Source: Gnetum montanum
Lineage: Eukaryota > Plantae > Gnetophyta
NCBI GenBank assembly: GCA_015680685.1
Contig: MNCI01002843.1
Coordinates: forward strand, 1-64,000
Length of the DNA: 64,000 nucleotides
Direction of reading: 5' to 3'
The notes under the pieces were generated by a model. That model worked only from the letters and a program-made list of their open reading frames with translations, did no database searches and was not told where the DNA came from. A program made the translations under genes and the position numbers. Within the stretch, counting starts at the first letter, position 1, and every line of letters begins with the position of its first letter. Of this stretch, positions 50,740 through 61,436 are shown in pieces.

Positions 50740-52720
50740 CAACAAATTTTATTCATAAACAACAACACTACATCCACATTGGTGATATGCTGGTTTATGA
50801 CCAAAATAACTAAACACAAAGTGCATTATATCATAGCTTCAAAACACCAATAATATGAGAAAGAGAAAGGAAAGGCTCAACAGTTTGGAGGTGCCAATAT
50901 TGGTTATCACCCTTGCAACCAATCCTGAAAAAATTCCCCTCTAGGTTAAGAAAAGGATCAAAAATTGCCCTCTATTAAAAGTACCCTTTCATGTTTTTAC
51001 TTCCAACAAGAGGCTTCTGATAAATCAAAATAAATAAAAAAGTAGGCTAAATCACAATGACAGAAAATCATAAATCTTCCATAAGAAATTGAGGAATAGC
51101 ACAAGGAGCATCCTTCCATGCACATAAGGAAGAAAAGAGAGAATTGATATCCATAGAGTACTTCCTTCTCTTACTATGAACCTGATGTAAAAAATTTATA
51201 TAAATATTCAACTTCAGCTCAAAATTGTAGCTTTGTCCTGTAGTGTGTCGCTTGTAAATCACATCACATTTGTACTTCCAAATGTAAAAAAGTACATCAA
51301 GCCTAAGCATGTTCCAAAAAATATTAAAAGTGCCATTATTCATTGTTTTTGCACAAATACCATAAGTAGAAGAATTTTGGAATTTTTGAAATCTAGAAAC
51401 TGAAAAACACCATTGCTAAGTTGGTTGAGCAAAATAACAATGAACAAAAACATGTTCAATAGAATTTTCATGATAGCAAACTAGACAAATTAGATTATCA
51501 AAACTAACAAAACTAAGAGTTGTAATCAATGTCCAATAGGATGACCTCTATGTAATAATAACCAAGCAAAAAATTGCACTTTCAGCTAAACTCTTAAGTT
51601 TCCATAAGTTTTTAAACCTTTGTATCAAATCATTCTCAATATCTTGAGTATTCCATCTACGGTTAAGGATTTTAATAGGAGCTTTCTCTCTATCAAACCA
51701 CTGTTGACCTTTAGGAATAGAAAAATCCATTATTTTACCATAATTAGGCCAAATCCAATTATCTCAAAAACATGATGGAAATTGAGAAGAAGATCCCAAC
51801 AAAATTGCCAAACACTTGTCATGGAGAATTTGAATAGGATGCCATATTTGTTTTAATTAAACTGAATTTATCTTGAAAACTCTTCCCATTCTAATGATAG
51901 GAGGGCTGTATGAGAGAAAAAATCTGTGATATGAAAATTTCTTTTATGATTAAATTTAAGTGAAAATCATAAGCTGCTAAATTTCCAATATTTCCACAAC
52001 AAGATGTCCACTAGACAGACATCCATTTAATGCTATCCCCTGAATGTTGGGAAGGGTGCCATTGTAGATAAGAATTAATTTATTGCCAAGTTGTCCAAAT
52101 TTAGTGAAGCACAAGTGATCATCCAGTCTTAATTCTGGCAGAAGTAATAACTCAATTGTTCCATGAAGTATTAAACCAAATTTTTGAATTAGCTGGACAA
52201 CTAGATTTAATTTGATGTATAATAAGCAATTTCCAACTTTTATCACCTTGTAAAACTCTTAAAATCTATTTGGCAATAAGCAATATTCCTTGATGATAAG
52301 CTGAAGGAAAACCTAAACTACAAACTTTTTTGTCAATAGTACAAAATTCCTAATTAACTTGAGGAAAGTAATGAAGAGCATCATTATTTCCCCCCCCAAA
52401 AAAAGGGATTTAATAAGTTGCTTTAACTGCTCATATGATCTCTTAGAAGGAGCCATAAATGAAGAGTAATAAACATGAGTAGACTGCAAAATTCTATAAG
52501 AAATGATAAATCTTCTTGCTAAAGATAATGGTTTTCCAACCCACTTACTGATATTCTGATGAACTTTGTGAAGAACTATCTGCCAAAAAATACTAGAGAA
52601 GCTAAGTGAAAAAAAGGAATGCCTAGCAGAGTTATAAACTCAAAAGGTTGAACCTGGCTCCAAGGAAAATTAGAAAGCTCAAATGGAATATCTCCAAACT
52701 TGGATCTGATGACACAACTA
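50740..52720 (-). mobile_element. 5'-truncated L1-type LINE in intron 6 of pseudogene copy 2
   Basis: Minus-strand FWQIVLHKVHQNISKWVGKPLSLARRFIISYRILQSTHVYY (post-RT L1 motif), zf-RVT-like CLVCYHENSIEHVFVHCYFA ~51470, YIWKYKCDVIY. Absent from the copy 1 intron. Ends approximate. Confidence 0.85.
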
Positions 52721-54554
52721 TAAAACCTTAAAAATTTATTGGAGAAAACTCAGTTTTGTTTATTGCTTTTAGATAACTCTAGCATAATTTACTTAACCCA
52801 TTAGGATTGAAAATGCAACTTGTAACTTGGCAATTCAAAATAAGTATTCATTAATATTTTAGAACACTTAAAAAATCAATATCACTGTCTTTGTCTTTAT
52901 CACATTGATGTGGTATGACCCCATGTAGACTATATCTCAGTCTGATGTGTCAGAGAGATTGAATCTGTGACTTGTGCAAGTTAAAAGCCTTACTAATAAG
53001 CTACATCACATTGATTGCTTGAGAACACATTTTGTATGCAACGTCTATGATTTAAAAGAACTCTTTAAAAAGTTGGGAAAGGCTTTTCCATTTGACAATG
53101 TATAAGCCTGTCTTTTCAAATGAAACTATTACGGACTGCACTGTAAGAATTTAGGTTGGTCTCAATCAGCTGTTTTGTTCTTACCCAACTCTGTCCCATA
53201 CGATTGCCAATGTGCTTTATAAATTTACTAAGAAATGCAAAAGTAATTTCTGGGTAGAAACATACGTGCACATCCCAAATTGTATTTGTTAGCTGTCCAT
53301 TTTTGTTTTCATCGCCAGTCCATTATCTGCTCCACCATAACTTTGATCACCCAAAAAAAAAAGTGTCTATAGCTACAGTGCATCAGAAATTTATCGTTTT
53401 TATGTAGGTTCAACTTACCATGTATCATTGTTTTGATGTTTGCCAGTGAGGTTCAACTCAATTGATTAGGGCTTGTGGACGGTTTGCAAGTCAAGTTAAA
53501 TTTCAGGGGCTATCTATGATCAATCACTTTTTTGTTAAAAAAATATTATTGTTTGCTTTTTTAAAGTTTAAATATGTGCCAGACGGTACCTATAAGGATT
53601 TGGTGTGATTGAAAAACTTTAATAACACAGTTTTATGCATTCATTTTCAAATGCCTTTCCTTGTCTTAGAGAATATACCAGCAGCTCATTTGCTACTGGT
53701 TTGTCTATGAACCAGTGCCCTTGCCGATACATGTGTTTCAATGGAACAATGGGTTGCACATCCTCATGCACATACCTCCCTGGATGATATTCTGCCCTAT
53801 GTAGATGTTGATATTGCTAAACAATCCTTAATCCAGAGCAAGTCACTAACTTAGTAGTAGACGTAATAAATGCTCTTGTAGATTTTGTTTTTAATTCCAA
53901 CCGGGCAGGATCAGGTGTTACTGGCTACAATCAATCTGGACCATCAATGCATTTTCTCTGCAATCCTTATACATCTGAGTTGGAAGACAGAAATTGTACC
54001 GATGGAGAAGTCGGCCTTGAAGATGCTTCTGAGGTCAGTAAGTAATTGTTTTGCCTGTGCATAATTTTCAAGTAACTTGTTGACTTGAATCTGAGTGATA
54101 GTAAAGTTCTTGTTTTTCAAGTTAACCTGGACAGAGCCACTTGAAAAAGGTTAGGCCTTTGTTTATCCACCAGTTGTCCCTCTCCCAGGTGAACATTGAG
54201 CTTTTGAGTGTTAACCGTTGTTGAATATGTATACAGTCCATAGGTCTTACCAATTGTTTTTGTCAGGTGTGGAAGAGCTGTACCTGCTCTGTTGCATCAT
54301 CTGGTAATTGTATCACAGTTGTAAGAATGACTCCTGCTATATATGATGAAGTAGCTGTGGCAGTCCAGATGATCTATGGCTCGTATAAATGCCATTTCTG
54401 ATAGATCTCAAGGACTGTACATTTGTGAGAATTGTGTTTACAAACATAACCACAGAGTACTGCCCTGACCTTCGGAAACAGCTGCAGTGGATGTACGTTG
54501 GTTTGACATCTGTGGGCACAGCAATTTTGTTGTCCATTGTTCTTTGGATTATTT

Positions 54555-54621
54555 ATAGTAGGCAACGTAGGCACATGGAAAATTATTATAATAGGCAACG
54601 TAGGCACATGGAAAATTATTA
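54555..54621 (+). repeat. 33-bp in-frame tandem duplication (RQRRHMENYY twice) in the last exon of copy 2
   Basis: TAGGCAACGTAGGCACATGGAAAATTATTA twice. Confidence 0.9.
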
Positions 54622-55847
54622 CAGAACGCATCCAAGTCGCAGAGGGATCCAGTCATTGTAGGGAGACTGGACAGAGCTAGGTAGACCCACTTTTACTTAA
54701 CTGTTGTTTGTATTTCTGCTCCTAAACATTTACTTTTGTGCACAATGTACGATTTCATGGGAGACAGGGAGTCTGTTTTTGCTTTTCTAATAAACTATTT
54801 TAATATTGCAGTCTTTTTCCCAAAAGATCCGTGGTACAGAAGCCTGGAGTGTGCCAAAATTATATCTATTTTAAGTTTTATCAAGTTTTCATTTCTGGTT
54901 GTGTCAGCGACCTGTCTATCAGTTGTGTTAATAATCAGTCAATTATATAGGGAATAATCAAGGTTTCTGAGTTGACGATTGTTTTACTTTGGAATAAAAT
55001 CGTAACATGTATTAGTGATGTCTAATAAAATACATCTTTAGCTATGTAATTCTGCAAAATCAAGAAAGAAGTTGTGAACTAAATAAAATGAAATTGATAA
55101 GCTTGAAGATGTATGAGTTTATTTAGTATGGGGTAACATTATTATCAAGAGATCAAATTTGTATCAGACTTGGTGCATTGATGCATGAATCACGTCATGC
55201 AAACATGAAAATTACAAAAATTTAGAACAGCAATAATATTGTTATTAGTCTTTATGTATGTTTTTGGTTCACATGGTTAAATAAAATTCTTATGGTAGAA
55301 AACCTTGAATGTTATTTTGTTATGGTTTGGGGTAATATGAAGTTGATGATTTTCATAAATGGTTTTTTGAGATATGGTATATTTATAGATGATTGATTAC
55401 GGTTTAAGGATTAAAAAATATTAAGTCTATGTTTAGATGGCTCTATGAGAAATTGTAAAATATTAGCAAGAAAATATGTATAAAAACTCAGATGAAGGTG
55501 TAGGTAAATTTACCTAAAAGTTGGCGGATTTGTTTAATGAAGATGTTTAGATGTTATGTTAATATATTCGGATAGTTTGCATATTAATATATTTGTTAGG
55601 ATGTTGTATCTCCAAGGTGGTATGTCATGTACCTTATTCCATAATTTGTATTAGGTAATGCACATGATTGATTTCTACTCAAGGTAGTTTCCTAATAATT
55701 TTCTATATGTTTACAAGTTACTCAAGTGCGGTGATCGATAACTTGATTTGATTTAGATTTGACATAACTTAGTACTTGACAATGGAGGTGGTTCATAAGG
55801 CTATGTGCTATGGAACCTCATAGCACCTTTACTTAGCTTACATTTTG

Positions 55848-56090
55848 TTATGATATCAACATATGTAGTTTGTATCTACTAGTGTGTTTGGGATGTTAAT
55901 AGACTTGACCCCTAAGTTTATTATGTGTTTCATATGGTTTTCTTTATTATTAATCATGTGTATTTGTGCTATTATGATATCAATATATGTAGTTTGTATC
56001 TAGTGTGTTTGGGATGTTAACAAACTTGACCCCTAAGTTTATTATGTGTTTAGTATGGTTTTCTTTATTATCAATCAAGTGTACTAGTGT
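55848..56090. repeat. ~124-bp tandem duplication
   Basis: TTATGATATCAA..GGGATGTTAA..CTTGACCCCTAAGTTTATTATGTG starts at 55848 and again at 55972. Confidence 0.9.
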
Positions 56091-56307
56091 ACTAGTTTAT
56101 TGATTCACAATGATTGTTGATGTGTTTGATATAACTATGTCGAAAGTTCCATGTAAATGCCATTGGTTTCTAGCTTGTTTATAATTGTATTTATGAGTAC
56201 TAAGATTTCAAATTATTATTATTTTTTGTCATAGAGATACCTTGAAGTTATATAATACTATTGGACCTTTGGGATCTATCAAGGTAGCTTTAGAATTTCC
56301 TTTATGA

Positions 56308-56410
56308 TTTTTTTTTTTTTGAAATTTATAACTTAGTGTTATTGAGTAGAATCGAACCTATGACCTAGGATTACCAAGCTAAGATCCTTACCACTAGGCA
56401 ATAAGTTGTG
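56308..56410 (-). mobile_element. tRNA-derived SINE-like element
   Basis: Minus strand: A-box-like TGCCTAGTGGTAA (56400-56388), B box GGTTCGATTC (56358-56349), short tail, A13 (56320-56308). Confidence 0.7.
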
Positions 56411-56651
56411 TATCACATATCTTACTTAGTAGTAGGTAACACCTTCTTGGCCTTAGCTAGGTTATGGGTTATTCTATGTTATCCTTGCAAAAATTTTAAA
56501 AAATTGAGTTACTGATGTGTATGCTTAGAGTGCACAAGCAATATAATTTGTTAATGCAATATCCAAGAAATGATTATGAAACTAATTGATTGCCTTCTAA
56601 CATAAATTTGCTTTTTCTTGAGCAATCTACAACCTCATTAGGTAGTGAATA

Positions 56652-56791
56652 AAAATGATGTGTTAGCCTACTTTGGAAGCTCTAAGTCATGGGTTCAATT
56701 CCAGTGGGTAATGTTGAGTTATATAAACTTCTATTTGGACTATATATCTTGGGGTACACCTATGTTTTACTTATTTTACATTCCAACACCC
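56652..56791 (+). mobile_element. Degenerate related SINE-like fragment between 19-bp direct repeats
   Basis: GTCATGGGTTCAATTCC...GAGTTATATAAA resembles the element above. CCTCATTAGGTAGTGAATA at 56633-56651 and 56792-56810. Confidence 0.45.
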
Positions 56792-57269
56792 CCTCATTAG
56801 GTAGTGAATACCCTATGGTATTTTATGTGTGAAAAATCAAAATTATTGAAGTTAGCTTTTTTAGAGTAGAAGACACTAATTTTTTATTTTTTAAATATAC
56901 AATAGGAGTTTATTTTAATAAAATATAGGAAATTTCTGAATTGATGGGTAGTTGTAATGTTATTTTGGCCCCAATCCATATATATATATAATTATAAAGT
57001 TTGTTTTTGTCATTGGGGCTTTTTTGTATTATTTTTAGTAAACTTTGCCCCACTTGTCACATATATATATCCAAGGCATATCCTGGAAATTTGTATAATG
57101 GAATCATCAATATAATTTTAGCAAGAATTTGACTATATTTTCATCAATTCATCAACATCATTCATCATTATTTACTCAATCTTGGAAGTTCAATAGTTAG
57201 AATTAAAGACATTTCTATTTGAATTATATCTTAGTCATTTTGTAGCATTTTTAAGTGATTCCAAATTTA

Positions 57270-58220
57270 TTAGAAAGTTAGAACATGTGTTTTGGGTGTA
57301 TTATTGGCTCGCTCGTAGTTACCTATCTAGGATAGCCTTTATTTTGCAGACAGAAATTAGCTAATAGTTGGAAGGAAGTGTTGGGAAAGATGTAAAAGAA
57401 GTTGGCCTTTTGGAGAGTTATATTTCTATCTTCCATAGGTAAGTTGGCTTTGACTAAATTTGTCCTCTCAAGCATTCCCATTTATAGTACATTGGTTTTC
57501 AATCCCCCAACCCATTTTGTATTGCAAGTTAATTAAATTATGAGGAATTTCCTTTGGTCTAGTGGGGAGGAGCATTATCAATTTTATTTGATTGTTTGGG
57601 ATAAGGTGGTTGTGGGCTTTGGCATTTTAGGAGGTAGGCTTGCATTTGAGTTGCTAAGCTAGTTGGAGAGTTTTGATCCTGGGCAAACAAGCTTTGGGTT
57701 AGTCGTCTTTAAATGTGATATCCTAATTTGTAGACTACCCTGACCAAAGCCTTGGAGATATGGAAAACCATTAGGAGAGGATGGATTTTCGTTCAGTCAC
57801 TTGAACACTTGGAATTTAGGGAAGCAGACATTTTGGTGGAAGGTCTTTTGATAGAACAAGCTCATCACAAAATGATTAGGAGGGGGCCAAGGTGGGGTGG
57901 TTTTAAAGTAGTCATCCTATTGTGCTGAGTTCTAGAGGTACATGTAAATGATTATCCAACAATAGGGTTTTATCATGGTCTCTTGGTATATCTTTTGCTA
58001 TAAGGAGATTGAAACTATGACACACTTTTTCAAGGAATGTTTGTTTGCATAGGTTGTAGGTCAATTTGTGCACGTGGATTAGTATCTTGTGGGATTAGTA
58101 TTGGGCAATGATTCTAGAAGGGCTCATCATTCAAAGTTACTTGCATGAGATTTCATTATGGATGGAGGTCCCCTGGGAGATTTTGCTGGAGAGGAATGCT
58201 CATACTTTTTGTGTGAAGTG
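57270..58220 (+). mobile_element. Degenerate L1-type LINE fragment
   Basis: KKLAFWRVIFLSSIGKLALTKFVLSSIPIY...MRNFLWS...IVWDKV (57400-57610), zf-RVT-like FCYKEIETMTHFFKECLFA (~58000), WEILLERN. Confidence 0.85.
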
Positions 58221-58943
58221 CCTAAAATTTCTTTAAAAAATGCATCTCAAAAGCATTTACCAACTTTCACTTGTAGGAAAACAACATGAATGCATGATGA
58301 CAACATTTAATACTTATGATTCGTTGAGAGATAAGCTAATGTGGCTACTGCAAACTATGTTCTTTTACTTTTCTGAATATGCATACTCTCTATTTTAAAT
58401 GAACTTTATGATGTTGCACATGATTATGTTTTGGTTTTTTATTTTGATACCTTATAGGAATGCCTGGGGCATTTTGTTTGGTCTAAGTGTTCATCAGTTT
58501 TGTCAGAGGATCTTCTACCCTCCATAAATGATACTACTATTGTAATTATTGATTTGGAGGTTTACCTCTCTTATTATATAAATGACCAAACTTTTCCTTA
58601 AAAAGCTAGAACATGTGGCTATGTGCAGTAAAACTTTTAGTTCAATATCTATTGTGGTTTGGGAGAAATTAGCTTTATGATTTGGTAGATTTTCTAAATC
58701 TTGAACTTTTACAAAATGAATTATAGTTAATTATTAGATTATTTATCCTTCATCACATAATGATTTGATGTGATATAGATTGCAACACCCCAATTTGATC
58801 AATAATGTAGAACAATTGATACAGTGATGCAATTGCTTCTCACCAGCATGATTGATAGTAAAGCGCTTGTGAGAACATCATCTTTCCCATTTATCGCCAT
58901 AGGCTTTTCTTTTAGGATCATATATTAAGATAGGTGGAAATAA

Positions 58944-59666
58944 TGGCTTGATGGTGACATCATAGATATGTATATCATGTATTTAAAGCAACTTCAAAAG
59001 TTAATCTATGTTTGTGAAGCATATCAAAATTCAAAATATTTCATTTTTAATAGTGTATTTCAACCATTTGCAAAGTCCTTCGAGAGTGAGATGCAAGTGA
59101 TTCAAAAGAATAAGTTGAGATATAAATCAAAGAAAGGCATCAAAATATTGAAAGTGGTACATTAGTTAAAGAAGAAGTAATGATTTGGCTATAGAAAATG
59201 ATTTCATAAAAGAGCTTAAAGAAAAAACTTGTTGGAATGAGTTTCTACAATCTGAACACTCTTTATTTTGTCTTCCCTTCAACATTGGTGGGCACTAGGT
59301 GCTTCTTATCATAGACATGGCTACCAAAAAATATTAATGTATGATTCCTTATCTTCTTTATAACATGTTGCTATTATTAAAAAATTGATGTTGAATTTGA
59401 TTAACTATTTATTCAAAGATGATTCTGTATTGGGTCAAGACATAATGGAAGTGAGGAGAAAGAGAAAGACATTATCTACAAAATGAAATATAATGGCTGT
59501 AAGTGGTATTTTTACATAAGAAAATAGATATGATTGTAACATGTATACATTAATGTATATGCATCATCTAGTATTTAGTAAAGACTTGAATTTCACACTT
59601 GATTCTATTTTAATCTATTGAAAGATCATGATACAAGAAATCCTCGGTTCTCTAGCAATTGGTTAA
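58944..59666 (+). pseudogene. Decayed Ulp1-like (peptidase C48) SUMO-protease domain
   Basis: Motifs in correct order across frameshifts: WLDGDIIDMYIMYL (58944), LPFNIGGH*VLLIID (His 59293), YDSL (59340), *ENRYDCNMY (Cys 59535), LNFT...Y*KIMIQEI. Confidence 0.78.
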
Positions 59667-60485
59667 CTTTAGAAAAACATGTCTACGACACATGTTAAAT
59701 GAGAAGTGCACTAAACATGATATAATGGTATTTTTAGATGTAACTAAAATTAATAATGAAGATTGAGATTACGTGCTGCCATTAGGCATTAACTAGTTTT
59801 GATGAAATTGGGCTATAATGCATGATTTTTGTAATTGCTAAAAGCAATTCGTAATATATGGTTATTTACCTTTTTCATTTGGGTTTCATATTCAATATAC
59901 TGTACATCCAATTGATTTTTCCTCCACATTCTTATTATATGTACACTTCATATATGTATATATTATTGGCTCAAAATCTTCACTTTGATTTTCACAAATA
60001 TTTCGGTTACAGCTAAAATATCTTATAACTATTTGACCTTAATTCAAGGGAAATGTTAAACCTATAATCGAAACACCGCTTGGAAGATTTTATAGAGTTG
60101 AACTAGATAGAATTTTATTACATTCCAGTGACCAAATTAGTTTTGTCTAAAATTTGAGATTGCAAGATCATGCGATTTGTAGATGTCTTGCAATAGAATC
60201 CATTGCAACTAAAAAAAAGCACAATCTCATTCTTTTTCATTCATAGGTTAAACAAACCTAATTAATTTTTTACCCATATTTATTGCCAAATTAAGGGTGT
60301 TTCCCACCAAACTAATGCATTCTTGTCATCATTTAGAAAAGATCCTATAACTTTCTTTCAAAATACCAGTCTAGTAGCTTATTGTGTTGTCAATCCTATT
60401 GTTTTTATTAATGATAACACCAAGTTCTTTGAGCTTAACTCATTAAAAAATATAATAAGAACAAGAATCACAAATTAAATAAGAT

Positions 60486-61291
60486 TGATGAGCCGTGATA
60501 TCGCGTACGCGATATTGCATCTACGATATCGCGTTGGCCCCTGCGATATCGCGTATGCGATATCGCAGCCCGTCGCCTTGTCTATAAATAAGAGGTGGCT
60601 TTCACTCATCTAGATCTAGACCCTTAGCCAAACTATAGCAGTTTTACCATTCCAGAGTTAGAATAATTTCCATGTGCCCGTAGTAGGAGTCTCAAAGTGA
60701 ACAGATCTTTATTTGAGCAAATTGTACCTGAGCACACATTTGTGTATAGAAATAAAGACAAACTTTCTTATAAACCTTGCAGCATATGGACTAAGCTAAA
60801 TAGGAATTAATTAGTGTTAAATGCTTCATTGCTTTCTTAGATAATTAATCCTTCTCAACCCTTAACTCTCTTAGTTAAGTGCATTTAGTATGACTGCTTC
60901 AAGCACGTGTGTAATGCTTGGTAACCCAGTAACGAGTAGCATTTGGTAATCCTAGTAGCGTTGCACTAGTTTAGGGTGTGTACGACAAGTGGGAACGGAT
61001 ATTGGTGCTAGGATAATTAGACCTTAGTTAATGAAAGTTAGTCATTTAGTCTCTTCACTCTTTCCTCTTAGCATAAGGCGTTAAAAAGATAAAAGACATA
61101 AAAATCATATACCTCAAACTTACTTAACCATACAACCATGACAATACAAGTAAGTTTGGGAAGACAATGATTGATTAACCTTAAGTGTTCCATTAGGGCG
61201 CGTAAGCACTTAGTCCTTGGTGTTCGATCGGATCACGCGTGAGATGCTCGTATTCGTATGGTTGAGTGTAGGGGTACCTTGCCACTCATCA
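60486..61291 (+). repeat. Element D 5' LTR
   Basis: TGATG...CATCA termini, 5 palindrome copies 60495-60566, TATAAATA 60583-60590. Confidence 0.93.
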
Positions 61292-61436
61292 TTGGCGTCA
61301 TTGCCAAGGACTTAGTTGTTTGTGCGCTACGTAGAACATAGGAAATCATTCATATCGTTGGGAGCTAGAATGAACCCTTAGGATTGATCATAAGAAAAAT
61401 AACATAACGGTAAACAGCACACTGCACAAGGCTAAA

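Larger units (their letters stand above)
47859..54661 (+). pseudogene. Pseudogene copy 2 of the same membrane protein gene
   Basis: Exons ~47859-48007, 48095-48276, 49324-49611, 49701-49759, 49867-49903, 50025-50096, 53716-54033, 54267-54661, with the same intron positions as copy 1. Lesions: acceptor AG>AA at 48094, TGA 49367-49369, 4-nt deletion ~53840, small deletions ~54350-54390. Confidence 0.88.

Noticed and set aside
56340-56410. Functional tRNA gene
   Set aside because: A and B boxes are present, but there is no convincing acceptor stem and a poly(A) tail follows, so it fits a SINE better.
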